Assembly: GCA_905178155.1 (NCBI GenBank)
Contig: CAJINV010000003.1
Span: 1,669,557 to 1,733,556, forward strand
Direction: 5' to 3'
Length of the DNA: 64,000 nt
Source of the DNA: Amoebophrya sp. A120
Lineage: Eukaryota; Protista; Dinoflagellata
Each line of letters opens with the position of its first letter. Position 1 is the first letter of the stretch. Shown here piece after piece: positions 50,201 to 60,823 of the stretch. The position numbers were made by a program, and so were the translations under genes. A model generated the notes under the pieces. That model had not been told where the DNA came from, searched no databases, and saw only the letters and a list, made by a program, of their open reading frames with translations.

Positions 50201-51467
50201 GCATAGCTATTGGATTTGCACGCCCCAGCTTCCAGATCTGACGACGAACCGCCGAGGTCCACGTTGTAGAACACTACTCGCGCTCCTTCGAAATACACGC
50301 GTCGCAGGCCTGGCGATTCGCGATCATCGCTTTTGATTCATCAGGAAAGTTGTCTTCGTATTCTCATCAAGGGTATTCTTCAATTTCCATATTGATACAT
50401 ACAGCAAACACATTGATAATTTGCCAAGTGTGCTGCTGTACGCTTTTTGAGTTGCACTGGGAGGTACAAAAAATTGAGGCAAAGGGAGCGTCCTGTCGAG
50501 ATGGCAAAGAGGACGACCATGTTTCGTCGATACTAGGGCGACACCAAGATAAGATTGCAAAATCGTTGAAGCCGTGTTCATTTTTTTGATATTGAAATTG
50601 ATTTTAAGTATTTCGTAGCTAATTTCGTTCCAATACGTAGTCAGTCGCAGTCGTTGTTGTAGCTCAAATCGGTCCTCTTTGATGAGGGACAATCCGAGAG
50701 CAGGTGGCTCAAGTTCTTGCATGTTCAAATTCATGGAAGTTGAAAAGAACTGGAGAAAGCCCTGATCCTGAGTAGGACAGCAAGGGTTGGGTTCTTCATT
50801 TCAGTATTCCCACAGCAAAAAATATAGTTTAGCGTTAGCCAGCTTGGTATATACGACGAGCGCATTAGGCATACACTTCGAAAAATTCGATGTCCCCCTC
50901 CACGTCAACGTCGCGGTCGCCGTAGCAGGTAATGCGAAGCAGCAGGTTGGAAAAATAGTGGTGTTGTAGCAAAGTAGACGCATCAGACCACTATACTTAG
51001 TCTACCTTCGGCTACAGGACTGTCCTTGAAAACTTCCGCAACGATGAATGATCCGTCCAGTAAATATTCCAACCAGCGCTCGAGGAAAGCAGCAGCACCT
51101 GCGAAGCTTCTGTTCTTCTTGACAAGGTGAATGTGAAACAGTTTCCACATGATCTATCGAATCCCCCGAGGGCCCACCACTGTACCCGATGCAAAGGCGT
51201 GCGTGGTATCTCCACTCCGAAGCCCAGCTTTCCTTGCAAAAAAACCTGAATCTTGATCGTCGTGTTTTATTTCCGGCAAAGCCGCAGTCAAGTGCAAGTG
51301 GACAAGCACGCTGTCTTTTATTTGTTCTGCAGGATTTTTGTATTAATTGCCCGCCGGCGTCGACGACGTCGGGATCTGTTCGGACTGGGGACAAGAAACC
51401 CGAAGGGCTGCCTGGTGGTGCACCTATAATTCATCCCACCCCAGCGACGCGTCTACTTCGTTTCTCT

Positions 51468-54400
51468 TCAGCTGCGCCGGCCCAAGAGGAGTAAACGCAA
51501 GCAAGGCCCAGCGCGGTCGTCGAAACTCCAATGATGGGTGTAGTACTGGAGAGCAAGTACGTAGAGACTGAGGACGCAGACCAGCAGAAGGCAGCGATCG
51601 AACCACAGGTCATAGCCTTTGGCCAAGCTTACCAGCGCGCAGGTAGTGAGGATCAACATGCCGTAAGCGAAGGAGAACCACAGCTCAAGCACCACTAGGA
51701 AAAACACGATCCACCCGAGATAGAGTCGCAGTCGGCGTAAAAAGGAGCAGGGCGGTCGGGGGAGAAGCTGTTCGCTCTTTCGTCTTTCCGGCAAGAATGC
51801 CCCAGCGGGACCTGTCGCGCGTTTCATGGCAGCTCTCCGGCGGCGCTGCAAAAGGCCAGTGCTGACGCCATCCTGCTCGTCCTCATCCTCTGTGTCGCTG
51901 GTCACGACCTCCTCCGCGCCAGCATCTGTGCGCGTGGTGGCTGTTCTTGAGTTGGCGGCCTCGACTTCAAGCATCGCTGCCGCACTTTCCCGGTCGTGTC
52001 TCGGTTGTATATCATGATCCGTCCTCTGTGAGTTTTTTCCCATAGTTTCTGCGGGAAGTAGGTTGGTAGTTGTTCTGGCGCGGTCCTCTTCTTGGTGGTG
52101 CGACGACGAGGAAGATACCACCACTGGCGCTGCTGAAGCCATGATTTCGTCCGATGTCTTGATCATGGCGCCGCGTAGTTCCGGGGCAGCTCTGATTTTG
52201 AAGCCGCCGTTCGCATGTCCGTTGAGCATGTCCTCCTTGCGCTCGAAGGAAGCCATCAGGCAGGCCTCCACGAAATGCTCGCCCGCCAGATCGGGAACGC
52301 TTATCTTTTTCACAGGGTCCTCCTTTCGCTTGCTGGCTCTACTTTTCAGCCACGGCAGAAAAGAACCACGACTGCTGGCAGACGCAGAGGTCGCTTGTGA
52401 TGAATTGAGTGGTCGTAGGTACCCGCCCCGATGATCAATAAAAGGTCCGCGCCGCACAGGGGAAATGGGGATGGGCAGCCTGGTTTTATTTGCAGGGCTT
52501 TTCCCACCAGTTGGAGAGGACCGTCGGGCCGCGGGGCTGGAGGCATTTACAACTCCCGCCGGGCTGCCTGGTCGCGACAGAGGGCGTGAGAGCGGTTTCG
52601 CCGGGCTTTGGGTAATTCGGTGGTACTTCTCCATCATTTTGGTGCAGTGGTCGAGGTATGAATTGCAAAAGCATCGTACTAGTACAAAATGCATTACAAA
52701 TTTGCTCAGCATGACAAATGCGATTTGTAATGCTGTTCTACCTCAGGGAAAAGATTTGTCATGCATGACTGCAATTACTACGAGTACGAGACTTTTGCAC
52801 AGGATACGAGGCGCCGTTTCACGTAGAGGCGCTCGAATTTCTCGCTTTCGGTGGAAACGGTTTTCTATCAAATGTAAAAATGTCTGGGTCTGCAAGAATG
52901 CAACTTGTAATGCTGTCTGCGGATTCTGAAAATATCTGTGTTACATGAGCAGCAAGAGGAGTTAGTTCGTGGCACGCGGAGAGGGCATTTCTCATGCGTG
53001 ATTAGCATCAAGAAGCTCTCAAAAAATCTGTGATGCTAGCACCTGCATCACAGACCTCACGGGTCATATAAAATGTGCATGACAAGTCCTGACTCTTCCA
53101 GACCCAGACATTTTTGCATTTGATATTTTCTTGATGGGCACAAGACGCCAGCTGCTGTTCAAGTGGTCCGTGCCGCCAAACGCCTCCTCGACGTCTATCA
53201 AAATGAAAAATGCCCCCACCCTCGAACTTGGGAGCATTTGTATTGCAAACCTTTGCAAATGAAACATTCGCCCTCGTGCATTTATCAGCATCACAGATTT
53301 CCGATCGTGAATAGAAAAAAATTGTATTGCGCAGGATCCCAGCAAGAGCGGCGCCTGTCATGCACGCAATGCAAATTACGCCTAGACTCTGCATCAGAAA
53401 GATTCGTAGTCCTTTCATGCATGACAAAAAGTTTTCATTTGGAAACTTTGCATCACAAATTATTGCAACTTTGGGGGTGGGGGCATTTTTCATTGTAATA
53501 ACGTCGCTGCGCTTTTCATGGTCGTCGTCCTCTCCGTGGTTCGCACCGTTAGTATAGTCCGGATCCCGCGGGAACGGCCCGGAGTCGGAGCAGTTGTGCG
53601 ACGACGAGTTGTTGTTCTTACTGCCGTGGTCTACTGCAGGCCCGCCTTCTACAACTAGCGGGGACCGCTCTTCGACCTCGGGCGACGAGGGAGCGGCGGG
53701 ACTCCTAGAAGTGGAAGAAGAACTACTGCAAGAACTCCCGCCGCCAACAGTGGTTCCGGAGGCAGACAGAGATTTAGCACTACCTTCCTCAGCTAAAGCA
53801 GGAGCGTCAGTCGTGGTCGATTGTTGCGGTGATGAGCAAGAAGACACGACTACGTTTTGCACGTGATCGGCCGACAAGATCTCATTTTTGCTTTTCTTTC
53901 GTCCTGACGCGCTTATTGAGGTATTTTTACGACAACCAGAGAGACTTCTTCTTCTTGCCCCGCTTGGTGCAGCAGAGCACGACTCATGACGTTGTTCTGG
54001 CGCTTTTGCAGAAGCTGGAGCTGGTGCACACGATGCGGTGGAACTTGGCGCAACGCCAGACGCTGCAACTGCAGGCTTATTTTGTGATCCACCCTTTAGC
54101 TGCTGTTCAAGTTTGTTGCCGTGTGTGCTGGGCGGTTGCTGCAGAGAAGTACTAGTTGAAGATGGTGTTGACGATGTACACGATGACATCTTCACTTTTT
54201 TCACCCAATCTCTCTTCACCGCGACGTTCAGGTACTTGTTGTCGCCGTACGGCCCGGTTTGCGCCTCCAGGTCGGCTATCCTGGGCAAAAGTATCGTACT
54301 CGTCATGCAATCATGCATTGCAAATCTTTTTCTTGAGGTGAATCAGCATTACAAATTTCATTTCTCATGCTGAGGAAATTTGTAATGCATTCATACGAGT

Positions 54401-56178
54401 ACGATACTCATACTTTTGCAATGCATATCGGCCGCCGCGGTGACGTCCAACCGCTGCACGTCGATGTGGAGCAAGGTCGGGCAATCGTTGGCGGGCCCGA
54501 ACTATCAAATGTAAAAATGTCTGGGTCTGGAAACTTGTAATGCTGCGTTTGGAATAGGGAATGCTCTGTAATGCACAGCAAAGCATAACAAATGCCTGCG
54601 CTTCTTTGTGTTGCGTTTTTCGCATGACAAACTGCGTTTTTGCATGACAGGCAAAAGGGTCTCTTCTTGGACACGCATCACAAACCTTTTGGTCATGCCA
54701 GACAAGCATGACAAATCTCAAAATCTTCCAGACCCAGACATTTTTACAGTTGATACGAACGTGTGCCCCGGCGTGAGGTAGTCGCGGTACCCCTCGTAGG
54801 CCATGGTCACGTCGAGGACCACGAAGTCCCGGGGGAGTTTGCGCAAAATGGACACGCACTCCTTGAAACCGGTAACCCGCGGGGTCAGCACGTTCCACCA
54901 GACCGGCTTGTCGTTCTTTCGCGCAAACTCCTGCGACTTCTCCAGCCCGGTCTCCAGGTCGGTCCCCTCGGGAAAGATCAGCAGCGTCGACGGTAGCCCC
55001 ACTCGGTCCTCCTTCTTCAAATCTGGTATACGGTGTTTTTTTCTATTTTCGTCGGAGGCGGACACGATCACGAAGGAAAGCATCTTGCTGCAATAGAAAT
55101 AAATCAGCGCTGAGGGAGGTGAACTTAGTTATAGATCCATACAGCACTTTTGCGTGTGATAGAGTTGGGAAAAAAATGGGCACGATTTCGGTTTTCATCG
55201 AAACAGCAAATTCTAATTCGAGTAGAGGTGGACGTCTATTCATATGCCACGAGAAGACAATACACTCGTAAAAAATGTATATCAGATTTACTTCGAGCTA
55301 TGGTTCGCATGTCGGCGGCCCGATCGTTGCGGCAAAGAAAGACGAAGCGGAAGTAGTAGCAGGCCCAGCCAAAAATTGGCACCCGGGAAATGTCTTTCAG
55401 GATTATCTTCAAACTTCGCACTGGAAATTTTTTTCCATACATCACTTTGGATATCTGAACTGCAACGAACTAGTACTGGGCATCGTCATGAAAGTGCCGG
55501 AAAAACAAATCACAAAACGGCCGTGAGGACCCTCCTACCAACTTACAGAGCGAAAAGTAATCGAAGAAAAGAAAACGAGACAGCGAGGCATAAGCATAAG
55601 TAAAGATGAAGGGACGAGATGCATAAAGCAGCATGCACGTGCGTTGTAAAGAAGCTTTGTATCCAATTCCAAAGAAAACAGTAATAGTAAAGCGCAGTAC
55701 GTCTGTCAAAAGCCGCGAGAAGGGGCCAGAGGAAGCACCAATCCAGCTCGGAGGGGTGGTTCGAGAACACGAGCAAATTCCAGTCGTCCGGGATCCACTT
55801 CAAAGCTTCCGTGTTATAGCAGCGTATTTCTACCCGCATGACGTCCAGCAGCAGGTACGCAATCGTTTGCATCCACCACGATTTCCCGAGACGGCACATC
55901 ATGTCAAAGAGGGCACTACCGCGGCCTCGCTGGCAAAACTCGAGACTTGTCAGCAGTTTGAACGTGCCCATGAGCCAGACGACGCCGACCACGCCGCAAA
56001 ACACGGCAATGAAACCCACAATGGGGCCTGCGGGAAAGCAGCGCCACGCTGCAGGCGCATCCTTGCGTCGTACCGAGTCCGCGTACCCATTCCGGACTTT
56101 TGCACCGACCCGAGCAGTCATTGCTTTTTCGTGTAGCAAGAAGGGGCGGTTGTTCGCGAGAAGATGTCCTCGGGGCAC
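51468..56178 (-). CDS. Lysophospholipid acyltransferase (AGPAT3/4/LCLAT1-like) with a long C-terminal extension and terminal TM segments
   Basis: NHPSELDW (HX4D), KIILK..SRVPIFGW, LLIFPEGTD, VLTPRVTGF, LDVTMAY. The frame continues across five introner elements to ORF 51468-52712. The N-terminus may extend to ~56675. Confidence 0.85.
52657..52806. mobile_element. Introner-like element, family C, inverted relative to the other C copies
   Basis: TATGAATTGCAAAAGCATCGTACT / AGTACGAGACTTTTGCACAGGATA; TSD CGAGG; junction KRRL|DHCTKMM. Confidence 0.94.
52866..53125. mobile_element. Introner-like element, family A (alignable end to end with 1292-1553)
   Basis: TATCAAATGTAAAAATGTCTGGGTCTG / CAGACCCAGACATTTTTGCATTTGATA; TSD TTTTC; junction PIKK|TVSTESEK. 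Confidence 0.95.
53196..53500. mobile_element. Introner-like element, family D
   Basis: TATCAAAATGAAAAATGCCCCCACCC / GGGTGGGGGCATTTTTCATTGTAATA; TSD ACGTC; junction KRSDV|EEAFGG. Confidence 0.94.
54277..54427. mobile_element. Introner-like element, family C
   Basis: TATCCTGGGCAAAAGTATCGTACTCG / CGAGTACGATACTCATACTTTTGCAATGCATA; TSD TCGGC; junction TAAAD|LEAQTG. Confidence 0.94.
54503..54755. mobile_element. Introner-like element, family A (same subfamily as 32470-32721)
   Basis: TATCAAATGTAAAAATGTCTGGGTCTGGAA / TTCCAGACCCAGACATTTTTACAGTTGATA; TSD CGAAC; junction GHTF|GPANDCP. Confidence 0.95.
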
Positions 56179-57255
56179 GAGTTCATCGATGCTCTACATG
56201 TACTGGCCGAGTCAACTTTTTATCTTCGCCTCCATCATGATGCGGCATGTCATCTTTAACGTTTTGTGATTACACTCGGACTTGTTCTCCGACGCAGCAA
56301 AAAAGAACAGAAAGAAATGCAGCAAAATTGTTTATGCTCAAGATCTACTAGTCGTACTAGCTGGCGTTGATAAAAAGTGCGAAAATCCAGCTCCTGCTTA
56401 AATTTACAGTATGCGTATGCAGAAGAACCAACCAAGTCGTGCTGTTGCATCAAGTCTGGAAAGCTGGACCACGACCTGTGTGTGAAATAAAAAAATTTGG
56501 AGTAATTGCAACGTACTGTAGTTCTTCGCAAAGTAGACATAGACAAAGAAGGAAGATCTTTCTTTAGTACGCTGATGTCGATGTTCGCCGGTCGTAAGAA
56601 CCCAAAATCAAAATGATGATCTTTTTGCGCGCTCGCATTACTGTGCGTCTTTTCTTCAGACAACGAGCTCTCCAATCACAGGCATTTCTTGTTCGACCCT
56701 GCTATCGCACACGACGCGTCTACCATTGTCGCCCCTGGCATCCAAGAGCATGCGTCAGCACCAGAGGTGGAATACACAGCCGTTAGATCGGCAGCCGGGC
56801 GAACAGGGCGGGCAAAAATGAGGAGACCAGGGTGAATGCTTCTGCATCCATCTGAGACATTTCACACTTTTTTCTTGAGGCGGTCTGCACCCGGCACAAG
56901 ATAAAGATTCACATTTTCCCCGCCACGCGTCTTTGGCTGACAATAGCAAAGTGTAGCTTAGCATGCAGGTGTAATGAAGTCCAAGTCCATGACCATGGCG
57001 ATGCATGGCACCGCCTACCTACACAATTATTGAAAAAACACCTCGTCCGTCGAAGCATCAAGATCACCGACTTTTGCGAAGCCACTGTAAAAAAAAACTG
57101 CAAAACTCGTCCAGCTGATTGGCATACGCGTGTATAGTATGGCGGCTTTTATCCAAGATTGTGCATGCGTTCTCCTGCTTGCTCTCCCGGTCTTCGTCTT
57201 TTCCTTTCGCGAGCGACGGTACGTTAGGAGTACTTTCTCAGGACGCCTTCACGCC

Positions 57256-60200
57256 TCAGCCACTCGCGGGTGGGACGGTGGTTTGGTTGCTTCGCAGGAA
57301 GTGCTGCAGCGCGTTCAGTCTTGCGTCCACATCGCTCTGCTGCCGTCGCGGGGAGCAGCTACCCGTGCGAAACGAGGGTGGTTTCTGAAGTAGCCCGGGA
57401 CTGGCGTAGGGTGACTGCCGGTTGTAGCGGTAGGGAGAAGAATTACTGTCACCTACTACTTCCATCTGCCCTCCACCGCCACCGTCGCGACTGCTTCCCC
57501 GTCGGCCGTTTGCACTACCAGGCCTGCTATTGTTTTTTGGAGGTCCTCGCATGCTCGCGATTCCGGCGCTGTGGTACGGTGAGGTTTGCCTCGGCGACCA
57601 CCCTTGCTGGCTGCTCGGAGAGCGCCCCCGGCCTGCGCTTGCTCCGCGATGTCCAGGGCTTTTGTTGGCCACTGCACGCACAGCAGCGGGATCTGGTTGG
57701 TAGCTTAGCGGGCTCGAAGATGTGGCACCACCACGCCCACTTCCAATGGAGGTCACAAACAAACCGGGAGGTGGTCCTCGCTCGCCACGGTCAGAGGCAG
57801 TAGAGCCGGTGTCGAAACCCCCGTTCTTATAATAGCGCCCCTCATGTTGATCACCTCCTCGACTGGCAGCTCCGGGATGAACGAAATCTGGAATCGGAAC
57901 ACCGTGGTCGAAACTGCTGTTCACGCTGATGCCTGAGCCCGCGTTGTTCGCTGACGCGTGGTCTACAGCTCCACCACTTGACGAAGTAGGTGGCAATGCA
58001 CCCAGGTAGGTGTTTCGTTCTCCATAAACAGGGGGCCTGCTGGCTTGGCTGCGCGGCTGGTTTGACGTCGATGGACTACTTCTACCTGTGGGCGGTGCCG
58101 GGTGAGCGTTGCGTCCCGCGCTTGGCGGTCGTTTATTGGGATGTGCCATGAGCATCCCAGGCCCTCGATCGCCGGCACTGGGACTGATGGAACGCACGCT
58201 TCGAGACGCTGGGCTTCTGTGTTGTATCGGCGGCCGCGCGGAGGAATTCATCATATGTTGACCACGAGAGGACGATGCAGTTGCTCCTCCACCACGAGTA
58301 GCTCCTGCCGAACCTGGGTTCGAATTTCGTCGCTCGCCGAAGAATGACCGCGCGCTACTAGCAGGGGACGAGGAGTGGCGCGGCTCGGGCATCGTCCGCC
58401 TCGTTCTCGTCGACGACGCCACAGACCGCACGGGGCTGGGTTCGCGGCTGCTCGCGACGCTGGACGCACGCGAAGCTGCGCGGGACCGGTGGGGGGAGTT
58501 GAACGCGCTTCCTCGGGCGCTACCCGGGCGACTGCTTCCGTTACCGTAGCCACTGCTGGGCACGTGCTGGTACAGTTGGTTCTTCCGCGCCTGCAGCTGC
58601 GCGCGGCGCAGCTCATCGTTACTCGCTTGGAGCCGCTTCGTCGTCGCCTCCAGTCGCTTCGCCTGGTTCTTGGCGAATGTGAGTTCCTTCCGGAGGTTCT
58701 CTGTTTCCTTCCGATGCTCGAGTAAGAGTTTTTGGCGCATCTCCTGGGCTTCGAGCTGCTGGCGGGAAAGCTGCTGCTTCAACTCACGGATCTGTTCCAC
58801 GCCACCTGAAGATCAGATAATTCCATGTCGACTTCGTGTTATAGATGGGGATGACGAGGACGAGCAAAAGCAAATACGCGTTAGCCACATGTAAAAATCA
58901 GGTACGCGACACACAATTCCACAAAAAATCATGGGCAAAAAATCATTTCTGGGAGTGGACGTCAACGTCCTTCCTGCAGCCGGCAGCAGTGCGCTACCTG
59001 TACCACTTGTATCACAAGAAAAAGGAATGCTGGAAGGAATATATCAATGAAGTGGCGCGGTCACAACTTTCTTCGTTCGTCTATTTTATACCAGCTAGAG
59101 CACCAGACGAGAGTCCTCCTTTATTTTGCGAGGATGATTGCTGTTGCAGCGCTTGGCGCAGGCGATCATTTTCGGACCGGGCTTCGTCGAAGGAGTAGCG
59201 GAGTTGCTGCAGCTCTTGTTCCATTCGTCGCACCATGTGGGGCTCGTTCAGATTGCGATCCGACAGGGGCGAGGACTGCGGGGGTTGCTGGTGGTGGTAC
59301 AAAGGATGATCCACGGCGTGCATTGATACGTCCGACTGGCTAGCCGCGCTGCTGGACGACGAGGGATAGGATCGGGCGTTCGTGTATTGCGACATGGTGT
59401 CGTTGGTCATCCGAAACACACTCTGCCCGTGCCCCCCCGCACCGCTCTGGTCGGCAACCACGGATTGGTTGATATTTGCAGTAGAGGATGCAGACGAAGC
59501 TGCCGCCGGCACCACACTACGCTTTTTCAGTTCCATCACTTGCTCCTTCAGGTGCTGAATGGTCTTGCGCATTTGCTCCGGGTCCTGGGGCGGGTCCTCG
59601 GCGGTCAGGGCGAGCGGGTAATGGACCTTGTCGAACTCCCCGGTATAAGTCAAAATCAGGTACCGCTTATTGTTGGGCGCTAGGCTGCTAGAAGGACTCG
59701 CATCTGAGAGGGTCAAACATGATTGATTTCAAGAAGGGTCGCAGACGCAACGTCTATACTCATCATTTTGTGGCTGTGATGATCAGATCTTGTTTCAGAA
59801 CAGAAGTGAGAATGTAAGTTGTAGAAAATCATACATTCAACAGCTGCACGTGATAGTCAATGGAAGCTTCTTTCGCTCGTGCGTGAAAAAATTCAGCACG
59901 AAAAAAGATACTCGGAGGGCCACGGTCGGCTCTTTGGCGGAGCATATCCAGATCGCGGGAAGTGAGCACGTCCAAGTAGACAGAGGTGTTCCCCGCAAGA
60001 GCCGCCTCTTCGGCTGCCGCTGTGAGAATCATCTTCGCGAAGACCGCAAACGGCTTATCACAAGGAAAAACCCCCCCTCCCCATACCAAACGGAAGTTTC
60101 TGACGCTGGATTTGCGTATACAAATCAGGTCTGTCTTGCAGTAGAGGACTGCAGGCTCCTGCCAAGCCTGAGTAGAGAGGTTGTGGCCTAGGCGTTTAGC

Positions 60201-60823
60201 ATGAGAAACGTCTATGCTATAGGCCCAACAGCATCACAAACCGCCTGCATAATGCGGCGGAGCCTGTGGAGCTGTCTTCTTGCAAGACATATGTGATCTG
60301 TGGTCTCAAATCAGCAAGACAAATTTTCGGAAACATACATTTTCGATACGGGGAGGGGGGATTTTTCCTCTCGATACGGCTTGAAGTTCCCGGTGCGCCG
60401 GGTGACCTCTTCGAGGAACGAGGAAGAGAGTATGGCGTTCTCAAACGTTACATTCTCAACAGTTACATGAATTTATAATGCAAGACTAGCACAGGTGAGA
60501 GGGAGACCCTTGCGCGTCTTGCATTACAGGTTTGGTGCGGATTACAGTGCTATTTAGCCCTCCGGGAATTTGTCATGCGAAGCAGCTTGATAGTCTGGCG
60601 GGTCATGGTCATTTTGCATGACAAATCATGCAACAGTTGAGAATGTCACGTTTGAGAGTCCCATAGAGAACGTCGCGCTCCATACCTGCTGGGAACCGTC
60701 GGTTTGCTCGATCCGCGCGGAAAAGCTTTTGTCGTCGGCGGCCAGTTTGACCATGTACTCCACCCCGTGAAAGACACGCGGAAACTCCTTGGCGAAGTCC
60801 ACTGCCATCACGCCGCCCGACAT
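57256..60823 (-). CDS. CCDC61: CCDC61/VFL3 centriolar protein
   Basis: FHGVEY..., WSATFS|SSFLEEVTRRTGNFKP|FAVFAKMI...VYLDVLTSRDLDMLR, KRYLILTYTGEFDKVHYPLAL, then a coiled coil, a Ser/Arg-rich region and a C-terminal DVDARLNALQHFL. Confidence 0.9.
60056..60376. mobile_element. Introner-like element, family F
   Basis: TATCACAAGGAAAAACCCCCCCTCCCCATACC / GATACGGGGAGGGGGGATTTTTCCTCTCGATA; TSD CGGCT. Confidence 0.94.
60431..60665. mobile_element. Introner-like element, family B, inverted relative to the other B copies
   Basis: TATGGCGTTCTCAAACGTTACATTCTCAAC / GTTGAGAATGTCACGTTTGAGAGTCCCATA; TSD GAGAG/GAGAA. Confidence 0.94.

Noticed and set aside
1468-54898. Recurrent peptides SNAKMSGSG, KCKNVWVWK and MRTPY at ORF ends, suggesting a protein repeat family
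   Set aside because: They are translations of the introner TIRs, not protein domains.
43550-60823. Frameshifted pseudogenes (SNF2, acyltransferase, CCDC61)
   Set aside because: Every break coincides with a TIR element or a plausible intron, and catalytic motifs are intact.
16593-60823. Functional gene cluster (cilia: NEK-IFT57, TFxP protein, CCDC61; DNA repair: DDX11, ERCC6L2)
   Set aside because: Interspersed with unrelated genes; these categories are common, so there is no evidence of co-regulation.
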